Shown: positions 24,811 through 35,253 of the stretch, piece after piece | Layout of the letters: each line of letters starts with the position of its first letter | How positions within the stretch are numbered: position 1 is the first letter of the stretch | NCBI GenBank assembly: GCA_002104905.1 | Contig: MCFE01000162.1 | Span: forward strand, 62,001 to 126,000 | Length of the DNA: 64,000 nucleotides | Reading direction: 5' to 3' | DNA from: Basidiobolus meristosporus CBS 931.73 | Lineage: Eukaryota; Fungi; Basidiobolomycota | Made by a program: the position numbers and the translations under genes | Notes under the pieces: generated by a model | Database searches by the model: none | The model's input: only the letters and a program-made list of their open reading frames with translations | What the model was told of the DNA's origin: nothing

Positions 24811-24991
24811 GGCACTAAACTTAAATATTAGCCCTAACATTAAACTGGTACAAAGCACTTATAAGTGCTAGATAATACCAGTGAAGCAAGATAGTACCAT
24901 GCATTTTTGTGACATGATACAAGCTACAGGAGCTAGATTCAGAGTGCCATGGGTATTGAGTACCTGATGCAGGTCTGCAGTCCTTCTGCGC

Positions 24992-26062
24992 TATAGTGGG
25001 GTCACAGTGACACCCACTGACTGATGTGCTCATTCCCATATTCTCCACTCTCCTATTTCTCCACTACACTTATTTTAGTTTTATCCCATTTGTCTTACCT
25101 GATTAGTACTATCCCATAAGCTGGTTGACTATCACTCCTGCTTACCTTATTGCATAAGTTATCCCTCACTTTATGTAAGATTACTAGCAGTAAGTGCTGC
25201 TATAATAGGGAAGTACCCACACCAGTACCTGTGACACATGATCAACCTGTGTCACCATCCCTAACATTTCCATACCATATATGATATCCCTATTTTACAC
25301 AGGTTTCAGAGTACTGATTCCTGATTGGTAGGATGAGCTGCACCTTGTAGAACCTTCCAGTACCTACTTACAATACTCTTGGGTCATTCTGATGTCATTA
25401 AGATTGCTATTGATATCCAGAACCTTCTGGAACACCATGATTAGTAATCACTTAGTCAGTAAGAAGAGTATATAAGGGAGGCTATCCCTTGACAATAAAC
25501 CATCATCCCTTTTATCAATATACCAACTTGTTGATTAGTGTGATCACTGCTACCTGCTGCTACCTGAAGTTCCAACCCTAGACCACTGGACACTCCCAGG
25601 AAACCACACTGACAGCCAACTGACCTTGGAGGCACTACTTGTGAGGCACACTCAGAGTAGGTATCTTTTATTATAATTGATTCTTTCCCAAGTTTGCTCT
25701 TGTACAGGCAAAGATACTTTTCTGTCTTTGTAACTATTGACCACAGCTGCATTCTTATCAAGTCCCTGCTGGTGGAGTTTACAGTTTTTTTGACTTTTGA
25801 AGCTTTAGTATATTGTCATCTCAAAGGATGCTGAGCCCAGCACATACTTTTGTTAAGACACCAACTAAGTTAGGGATTGTAGCTCAGTAGTTTTCCCTTG
25901 GCAAGCTTGTGGCTTTATTCCCCATCACATTAGATTAGAGACAGAACCCAATTATTCCTAGCAAGCTTTTGCCAGAGGTTATTGCACTCAGTGAGCACCC
26001 CACACACAAAACACTTGAGAAGTGCTGGATGTATCTTTCCCTTGGACTTATACACCACCACA
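24992..26062. repeat. Solo LTR, family D (1071 bp), 4-bp TSD GCGC/GTGC
   Basis: TATAGTGG...CCACCACA termini. GCGC at 24988-24991 and GTGC at 26063-26066 differ by one CpG transition. Removing the LTR restores the continuous right arm of the foldback element. Confidence 0.8.
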
Positions 26063-27169
26063 GTGCTCTTACACATCCAGCACAACAATGATCCAAAAAA
26101 GGTCCAAAATGGATTTTTGCCAGAATAATGGGTGAAACACAGGGGCTGCTTTGAATGAAGATGAAGATCTATGTTGCACACTCTGTGGCCAAGTTTAAGT
26201 CTGCTATGCCTCTCTGGTACATAATAGCACTATTTAGCACTAATGGTTCAATGTAGCACTATCTAACAGAACAAGTCTATTATATTTGCATAGGAGATAC
26301 ACCAGCCATCAGCAAGAGTGCCAGCTTTTCTGAGCACAATGGAAGGTATAGCTGTTGAATGTGCAAAATTTAGGGGATTTACTCCATTACTCACACACAT
26401 TATTGTTGTCCAAGCACCAACACTAAGAACATCATCTTCCCACAAAGGGAAGATACAGAAGTCAGCATGCAATTGTAGCAGAGTTAGCAAGCTATATGCC
26501 ATTGGCTGTGATATAGATTTAATTGGAAACCAGAGATACCTAAGATAGAAGGTATCTATTGAAGCAAAAGCTTTCCACTGGGAGCAATGCATTACTTGTC
26601 AACAATATCCCTACACTAATGACCAACCTGTACAAGGGGCATTTCAAGCTAAACAAGTTATGTAAGATATCACAGAAATTTTACAGAATTGGCAAGATAT
26701 TAAAGAGTATTTGCTGCTCAGAGTACTTCTCATGGGTTCCAATCAAGATTAATAAGAATATGTGACAATACAAATGCAAGGACTGGATGAATGGAATATG
26801 TACTTATTTAAGTGGCCTTCTAAAGTCATTTCTATCAAGAGTGCATTGCAAGCATTGCAAGGCATATGATGCTGTTGTAGGAGTGTCTATCCAGAAGTAG
26901 ATTACCAATGCTAGCTTGACACATCTACAGCTTTTATGCAAGGAGTTTGTGACAAGATTTGAGTGACTGTATTTTATGCATAATGCTAAATGCATAGTTC
27001 TCTGCTACACTAGTCAATACGGAGTCCACACAAACAAGAGCCAGAGCACTCCTATAAGGGGGACTAGAATCCAGCAGGGAGAAGCAATATATTGGTTAAT
27101 TACTAAGTAGCTCTTTGCAGAAATTCAAGAGGTATTCATGGCAAAGGTGGTGGTAACCAAGCATATGTT

Positions 27170-27492
27170 CCCTATGAAAAAAAAATTAAGAAAAGGCCAG
27201 CAGAATAACGTCATAAGATCAGCTGAATTCCAAGTTTCTCAAATTTGATAACTATCATTATCTCATGTACTAGCAGTTGGACAGACAAGCAGACATATTT
27301 TCCAAGAGGAGACTAGGCCAACCAGGATTCATACCAAATTTGATGATTAGCTGCCCACTGCTTCCATCAGAAATTGCAACTGGATATTTTAACAAAAAAC
27401 ACTTGCTGAATACCAGCTGAATACTGTAAGAATACCAGCAAAGTACTGGCCAAAAATCAGATGAATTCCAAGTTTGAGATTTTTTGTAGCAA
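27170..27492 (+). mobile_element. ~320-bp non-autonomous MITE with the CACTA-family terminus CCCTATGAAAAAA
   Basis: Absent from the homologous arm at 240-260 (CATATGTTTGCAA); apparent 2-bp TT duplication; degenerate right TIR TTTTTTGTAGC. Second copy at 30428-30719. Confidence 0.7.
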
Positions 27493-28159
27493 TTTGCAAG
27501 ATGTACATGTTACTGGTAATGCAAGGTATATGGGAACTCTGCAAGTATTACTCCAAAAATCTGTAAAGATGAGGTGATAGAAGTATGTCAATTGCAGTAA
27601 ATGTGAGTATATGTAGAGGTTAGTAAGCAGAAGGCCATAATTTTATTTGATTCAATCAATATGTGGGATATTGCTGGTAGTAGTGGGTAAGCAAACAAAG
27701 ATGGGTGATTCTACAATGGTAATATGAATGGTGCAAGAGGAGGTATAAAAAGGAAATACCATTTGGTATATTGGTATAGTAGCAGTATGAAGAACTAGCT
27801 GTAGGCCACTGTATTGCCATAATAATGCCAACAGAGGCTTGCAATGAGGCCATCAGAATACTGCCAAGTTTCTTGCCATATAAATCAATTGGATGTATTG
27901 AACAGTTAGGTCTACTCAATCCAATGCATCAAGACTGTTAGAATGCCATGCAATTCTTGTCAAAAGTATGCTAAAACACCTTCAAGTTTTAAGCTTTATT
28001 TTGGCAGTAAAATCAGCAAAGCACCATCATGATCCTGTTATAAGATTGCGTAGAGGGTCAATAACTCCAAGCTGCTGGAATTATGGTAGACTCTTTGCAG
28101 GATCCTGATGGCTGATGTTGATTGGATCCACCCAGAGGACCAAATCATTTTTCATAGGG

Positions 28160-30035
28160 TGTTGCCACAGCTGTATACCTTGAAGATGGAAGCTATATCA
28201 GAATACCTCATGATTCTACTCTGTTTTAGGCATGGTATGTATACATATCAAGTAAAGAACATATAGGAATATTTGTTGTAAAAATTTGTAATTCCACCTA
28301 AATATTGACCTAACTTAGTCACTTAGATCATTTCCTTCAAATCCTAGAGAATACTGACCAAATTCGTTGTCAGGATTTACTTCCAATATTTTCACCCAAA
28401 TACCAGGTACCCAGAACATAAAAATTCTCAAAGTTGTCCAAACAGCCCCAACCTTTGCACACATGTTCTTGGGACCTTCCTTAACCTATTTTATGTTTTT
28501 GTAATGCCAAGACCATGTAAGAGTATAAATACTACTTTTACATTCAATAAACAATTAAGTGAAAACCACATAATCTACTTGCCCTCCCAGTCACTTCCAA
28601 TATTGCCAAGACTTTTACAAAAATATTTGGGTTTACAGCATAGGCCAATAAACTGCCTGAAAATTAGTCAAAATTTCAGCCGAAAAGTGTTAATGCATAT
28701 ATTTGGGCTACAGCAATGAGAGTAAGGCATACAGACTCTATAATACCAAATAAACAAAACTGAACAAGTCCAGGCATCTGTCTTCTGATGATAATTTAGA
28801 TTTCTACAAATAACAATATCAGATGATTAAATATCTGATCTTAAGTCCACCAATAGTAAGGACTGGGTTAGAGCAAAACAATGAAAATTTTCACTCCAGA
28901 GGACTCTACAACAAGGGTTCAGCCTGAATCAGTGCCCAGGAATATCCCAGAAGTGCTCATTCCAGTAGTATAAACCAGGAGATCTAACTGAACCCAAAAT
29001 AGCCCAATTTACTATATCAATGATGGTATAAACTTAGCCTATGCCTATTAAGGCCATATTGTTGAGCCCCAAATTGTAAAAGAGGCACCATATAGCTCTC
29101 AGATAAAGTTTTGGAGATCTGCAATGACTGAGTAGTATCAGGCTCTTATGGAAAGCCAAACTTGAGACTTGGTTATATTACCAATTGACCAGAAATTGCT
29201 TGGATGCAGATGGGACTTCAGGACAAAATGCAAGGCTGATGGTACAATTGAAAGAAAAAAAAACAAGGCTTGTGACCAAAAGATACTCTCAAACATAAGG
29301 ACTTGACTGTACTAACACCTTTGCACTGGTTGCCAAGTTTAATTTCATCATATTAATATTGGCTATTGCAGTCAAATATAAGTTTTTATTCAGTGGATGG
29401 ATGTAAAAGCTGCATTTTTGAATGGAAAACTTGATGAGAGTTTGTACATAGACTATCCTGATGGGCTTACTTATCAAGATAACCCTTATTTGGCCTGCAA
29501 GCTAAAAAAGTATCTATATGACCTGAGACAATCACCAAGAACCTAAACTAAATGATTAACTCTTATTTGGAATCATTGAGTTTCTAAAGGAGTACTGCTG
29601 ACTAAAATTACTCCTATAAGCCAGATAGAGCAAGCCCAGGTCTATCAGCTCTATATGTGGATGATCTTACTATAGCCACCAATAACCAATAAACATTGGA
29701 AGAGACTAAATGCAACCTATTTAAGGAGTTCAAGATGTCCAAGCCCAGTTACTACTTAGAGATAAGTTCTCCATATGCAGCAGTACCCTCACTATCACCC
29801 TAAGCCAATCCAAGTATATTAAGGATATACTACAGAAGTACCAAATGGAAAACTGTAAACTAGCAACTACTCCAATGGATACAAACCTCAGCTTGGTCAA
29901 AACTAAACCAAATCACAAAAACTTGGTGCCATTTGAAAGCCCTGACTTTCCTTATCAGTCTATGGATGGCAGTCTGATGTATATCATACATATTTTTCCA
30001 ATCACTTCCAACATCTCCAGGACTCTTACAATTCA
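28160..30035 (+). pseudogene. Heavily decayed copia family B integrase-RT
   Basis: VATAVY; EHIGIFG; K..LLGCRW.F..K.KADG.IER...RLV; MDVK.AFLNG.L.E.L; LYVDDL; MENCK..TPMD motifs with many stops and shifts. Confidence 0.82.
28274..28622 (+). repeat. Solo LTR, family B, TSD ATATT, inserted in a copia B integrase
   Basis: TGTTGTAAAA...TTACAAAA flanked by ATATT at 28269-28273 and 28623-28627; homologous to 18218-18565. Confidence 0.88.
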
Positions 30036-30119
30036 AATGAGCATTCAGATTTTGGGCCAACATTGCTGTGCCAAGGACATATTGCAGGAATACTAGAATC
30101 TAGCAAAAGTAGAAGAGCA

Positions 30120-30214
30120 AGGATGCCAAAGCTTGGGAAATCTGAGGTGCAATTTCTTTCAAACAATTGTTGTATGGTGCCCTGATGGCACTGTGACAAT
30201 TATTGCTCATAGGG
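30120..30214 (-). mobile_element. Short remnant of the CACTA-family left end
   Basis: GGTGCAATTTCTTTCAAACAAT...CTCATAGGG is the reverse complement of left-end sequence seen at 8736-8870. Confidence 0.5.
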
Positions 30215-30427
30215 TGCAGAAAATAATTGCCGCTACATTAGTGGCCTCATGGAGGACATCTCAGAAATTGAGGTTAAGTACTTATGAGTATAATGCTAAG
30301 TAGGGCTTTTTCACATCTTGTCATCACACACATGCATTGACTTCAGCTTAGTAATCAGAGCATTACTTATGGAGCTCCAGACAGTAATATTTACTTTTAG
30401 GAGAGCTATGTAAGACTAGTAATATAA

Positions 30428-30719
30428 CTCTATGAAAAGTCTCAAGCTCAGTTGTCATCTGATCTTTGCTGGTATTTTGCTGGCATCCAGCTGGTGTTTT
30501 TCTACAAATTTTTAGTTGCAAGTTTTGCTGAAAGTGGTGAGTAGCTGATTACCAGATTTGATATGAATGCTAGCTGGACTAGTCTCCTCCTGGAAACTAT
30601 GTCTGCTTGTCTACCAAATAGCAAGTACCTGAGAAATTGAGAGTTATGAGTGTAAATCATGTTGGAAATCATCTAATATTGATATTGTATTCTGCCTGCC
30701 ACTTGATTTTTTCTCTCAG
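30428..30719 (-). mobile_element. Second, more decayed copy of the ~300-bp MITE
   Basis: Reverse complement aligns with 27170-27492 (e.g. AGACAAGCAGACATA.TTTCCA.GAGGAGACTAG). Terminus CTCTATGAAAA at 30428. Confidence 0.65.
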
Positions 30720-31768
30720 AGTAAGTGTATAAGAAAAGTCCCAAAATATGGTGTGCAAGGACTGAGGGCTTTAGGATTGGCTTGGAAAGTCTGGATAACT
30801 CTTGAACCTTTACTATTTCTGAGAATTAGTGAGCATCTTACAAGCTAAATTCCAAGTGTAAACTGATAAATTAGCAACAGGCTGCCTAGAATCTTAAGGC
30901 AAATGAGTGATTTATATGCAAAGTAAACATTTGCATAATACTTTCACCAGGTTCAGATTTGTACCAGTAAGAGACAAATCCATTTACTGACTGACCACTA
31001 TGCAAGCTGCCAATGGTTGGCCTGGCCCTTGTACTGATGGGTAATAGAATGCAGGATCACATCTGACAATACACTCCTAGTAGGGTTTTCTAAGGTAACT
31101 CCCCCACCAGATGTAGCAACCTGGCAGAGGCTTGAACTCCACCATAAGCTAAAAATTTGCCATTGGACATGTTATGCTAGCATGCAATATGGTCACCACC
31201 AATGTGAGCTGTCACTCCCAACCTATTCCAAAGAAACCGCAATGGGATTGCTGAACCATAAGGAAGACATTACTTGAGTCAAAGGAGCATATAAAGAGTC
31301 CCCTCGCCACAAGCCACTGATTGGCCACCAGCCCAAATACATGCACCTCTATATGACCCACTTGGCAGGGATTAGCAATCATAGTTGGCGTAGATATATA
31401 CCCAGAGAACTCCTGACCAAAACCCCCAAGGAGGCAGCTGATCTTCCACAACCAGAGAGGAATAATGGGTGCCTTTGCAAAACATCATGTCCTACAGTAT
31501 CATCACGAAGATTTGAAACAAGGGACTCCTGCAGAACGGTGCGCGTCACCGGTCGATGATTCCCCGCCCGTCTGAGGTAACGGTATATGGGTGACCGTGT
31601 TTCATACAAGACGCCCCTGGGTTGGGATCACCAATGATTTCAAGGACGTTTATTGGGAGCGTTTGGCAGGCACTCGGTACGGACCGAATCAATGGGATCC
31701 ATGATATTGGAGGCGATCGATTGGCCCAGTAGAAGCCACTCAGCGCACGCGAATATACGAGGGCCAGG

Positions 31769-32314
31769 TCAGACACTGATGCTCTTGGGCAATCCATGCT
31801 TGAACCATCGCTCCTCATCAGAGATGGCGACGTCATTCCCGGACATTTGACGACGATACATCAGGCCATCCTCGTTGAAAGACCAGTGCTCGATACCGTA
31901 TGCTGGTAACTGGAAATTAGCAAAAGAGGGGAGACGAACGGACCAGGTGGGGCGCATATTACCTCTGTACCATTGACCCTGCGCATCATGGAACTCGTAC
32001 CAAAACTGAACGGCGATCCGATTGTCACGGAAAGCAAACAGTTCTTTCTTCAGGCGGTAGCCATGCTCTTTCAGCCATTTCCGAGTCAGGAACTCGCGGA
32101 TCGCTTCCCTTCCGGTAAAGAACTCGTCCCTATTTCTCCATCTACCGAGGTGTTAGCTGAAAGGGTTCGTTTCGTATGTCCCCCACCGCACCTACTCGGA
32201 ATCCTCTGTGTATGCCAGTGCGACTCTCTCAGGGTCTCGCGTGTTCCACAGGTCCTCGGCAAGTTGGACCTTCTGTCTGGCGGTTTCCTCCGTAAACGGT
32301 GGCTTCAGCGACAT
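31769..32314 (-). CDS. DUF1348 / SnoaL-like (NTF2-fold) protein, 3 exons
   Basis: Spliced [75 protein letters not shown].....GQW.R.YG.E.W.F...GLM..R..S.ND. GT-AG introns at 32142-32195 and 31903-31962. Confidence 0.92.
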
Positions 32315-33617
32315 CTGTGTGGTGTACTGTTATGGAGACCAGGGGTGCTTGAAGGTATAAATACTGGCTCATGTGCGTGGAGATTGCAGAGGTGATTTAT
32401 GATTCAGCTGAATCGATGACCGCTTTCTGGATCGACTACATCCTCATCCACACCATTGGACCAGCTTGGACAACACTGTGAGACACCAGGGTTTACTAAT
32501 GCTAGCTACCTCGCTAATGCGACGCCCAGTCGCCCAAGACAAAAGGATTTGTCCCAGAGCGAGATCACTGATTGCTGGGCATGGATACGTGCCTTCGTGG
32601 TTGATTATCAGTATAATCCACCTACCGATAGCTTCCTAGTACCAAGCACCTCATTTGGCCGGCAGCCGATCTGGCTCCTGATAAGCCTCCGATGGATCCA
32701 GAGATCCAGATCATCTCGGGTGACGCCTTGGGATAGGCAGTATTCGCAGCCATGGAGGCTGATGGAAATAGAAAGAGACAGCTCAACACCAGCAGCACTC
32801 ATCGATGCATCATCATATGATGATTTTGGGCTAATTAGTCCAGTTCCTGGCTTCGACAAGGGGCCTCATAAGGCTTCTCCCACCAAGGGCTTAGGGCTCT
32901 CGCCAGGAGATTCGATGGGAACGGATGGACGCTCTCCACACCAATACCGGGCCAAGCCAGATGCGACCGGCAGGCTGTGGGCAGGATTTCTACAAGCAGT
33001 GCATTGGATCACCTGGAAGAGTACAATCATACCGAGGAAACTGGATTCTCAAATGCGGCGTACCAACTGATGGGAACACGGAAGTGATCAGTGCCAATTC
33101 CTCACCGGTGGCCGCTGGCTTTGTTCGCAACCCAACCAACTAGGCTCACCATGTGGTCGGTAGAATTCGCAGTGTCGAACCCATCAACCTGTTTGGCTGG
33201 AATTAGGTCTCAGTCATGCCCCACTGCTTGAAAACAATGCGTATTGTGCTCGGATGGGTGGCCAATGAGGTGGCCCAAGAAATCATCCATCCAAGGTTGA
33301 TCCACGACCATTCCAATCGCCACCGAATTCATTTGGTTCTTAGACATATATGGGAATAGAGACTAATGAGCATCTCACAAAAACATTACCTCGAGTCGAT
33401 TCACCAATGGATGTGGTACGAGTTCAGCAACCGGTACCTCGTACCGTCCCTTTCGCCACCGCTATTTATATGGGCTTGGTTTGGTGTGGAGTCGACTACA
33501 TTCTTCCGTGCGACTTGTCTCGTTGCACCCGACTGAGCTTTAATCGCATTTAAGCCATCACACACACAAACCAACCCTCCCCCCCACCTCAGCTAGAATC
33601 CCTCGTGAGAGCAGAGC

Positions 33618-34699
33618 ATGTTTGGTAGGAACAACCAGAGGCCCAACTTCAGATCCTCCGGGGCTTCCTTCGGAAGTGTTTCCCACAACATCCATGCCCA
33701 CCAACAACCCGGCTCCACCTTGTCCATCCAGAGCTTCCATAGCTCCGACGGGGTTGCCATGTACGATAGTCTTAACCCCATTAAGATCCCGAAGAAGCCC
33801 AAGAAGTGGACAGCCTTCAAGTGGGTGCTCTTGCTAACGAACACCGTCGTAAGTTTTCTTCATGTCGCTTGTCCAGCCTCCGTACTACATAACTCACTCG
33901 TTTCCGTGCTAGCTCATGTGTATGGGAATCGTAGGGATGGTGCTGTCCGTTCTGACTTGGTACAAGTGTAAGTGCACCCGAACCGGTGACTCTCGCTTCT
34001 TCAGCTGACCCGACTTGAGTTCAGTGTATATCCGAGCCGCTGTTGTTTTGGTCGTGTCCAGAGGGACAGTGATCTGTAAGTAGCCCCAAGTCCCCTTTTG
34101 AGATTGGTCTGGCTAAAGACATGTCCAGTGATCACCACAGTCAGCTCCTGCGCCATTGCCGTGGCGCTTCTCGGCTACTGTGGGATCTTTTTCAACAGTC
34201 GGAGGATCCTGACCGTGTACTCCATACTTCTGTGGCCTCTTATGGGCGGGCTTGCCTCCATAGGATACGTGACGTTCAAGTTCTCGCAGTGGAATCTAGA
34301 AGATAAGCTTCGGAGCAATTGGAAGCATGAAGTCTACTCCGTCGACGACCGGATGCGTATTCAGGCCAATGTAAGCCCAACCAAACTTCTAATGGTCCGA
34401 ATCCCCTTCTTGACACCGTCTTGCTTCAACAGCTCCATTGCTGCGGCTTTGATCTGCCAAATGACGGCTCGGAAGTGATCACAAACAAGTGTCACTCCGA
34501 CACGAAGGTCAAGATGTACGGCTGTCGCTACAAGCTGTTCCGGATGGTGGATACCTACCTGACAAACACCTACATCACCGCCTTCAGTTTTCTGGTCCCC
34601 CATGTGTTCATTCTTTTCGCCTCACTGCTGTGCTCCAACCACATCACCGAAAACTTCGGCACCGAACCAGCGCCCAAACTCAACTATCATCAGGAGTAG
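33618..34699 (+). CDS. Fungal Tsp2-type tetraspanin, 5 exons
   Basis: KW..FKWVL..TN, four TM segments, N.R..L..YS.LLW, NLE.KL..NW, IQ..LHCCG, GC, LLCSNH.T..FG..PK. Four canonical introns restore the frame. Confidence 0.85.
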
Positions 34700-35253
34700 A
34701 TGTTGGTGGTCGCTCCTGAGGCCGGGATTCGGGCCCCCCCATTGGCATCCGATCCATAATGCACGTTCGCTCATGTATGTAAAATGACTGTAAAATTCAA
34801 TTCCATGTTTGGCCCGGACCACTGTTTTGGGACTCCTTTCGTTCGCCCCCCCCCCACTGTAACCAACATAATCCATATCTTCGAGTTGACAGCGCATCTT
34901 TTAGAACTTTTCGGATCGGTCGGACTTGGAAAAGGTCGTGTACAAGGGTACCGGAAATAAATATGTCTATCATTGAACCTTAGGCCCACCCAACACCATA
35001 GCCAATGCCGGGATGTTCGGCATGGCTGTCTGCCTGTTCGATCAGCGATGATTTTGCCCAGGAGCAATGAAGGCTCAGAACAGTTCCCCGAAACGCCCCT
35101 TGACGTTCCGGCGTGGGACAGAGGCCTACTGGTATAAATAGGGCTCTGAGGGTGCTGAAAGGTTCGCTGTTTCCCAACCACCACGTGACACGCCTGTGAG
35201 GACAAGGAAGTTTATTGCTAACTGGGAACTAGGGAGAAGAGAAGGGTAGATCA

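Larger units (their letters stand above)
23771..26277. mobile_element. Foldback/MITE-like element (~730 bp once two solo LTRs are removed) with ~340-bp inverted arms and a probable TA TSD
   Basis: TA|GACTTGTTCTGTT...AACAGAACAAGTC|TA. Left arm 23771-24112 is the reverse complement of 24866-24991 plus 26063-26277. Confidence 0.8.
22766..28159 (+). mobile_element. CACTA-like copy 3: transposase core to right TIR, with five nested insertions
   Basis: Transposase fragments at 22766-22809, 23503-23770 and 26278-27000 join into the same reading as copies 1 and 2. The 3' arm ends ...TTTTTCATAGGG at 28159. Confidence 0.82.

Noticed and set aside
25456-26181. Transposase ORF inside a long-TIR element
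   Set aside because: The segment resolves as a solo LTR with TG..CA-type ends and a 4-bp TSD, and frames are not conserved with the copy at 2246-3082.
31125-31200. tRNA/SINE relic or B-box insulator (GAGTTCAAGCC on the minus strand) at the CpG boundary
   Set aside because: No cloverleaf can be folded, and a GWTCRANNC match is expected about every 2 kb by chance.
31769-32314. Recent horizontal transfer of DUF1348 from bacteria
   Set aside because: The gene has two canonical introns and the family is known in fungi; nothing here supports recent transfer without a phylogeny.
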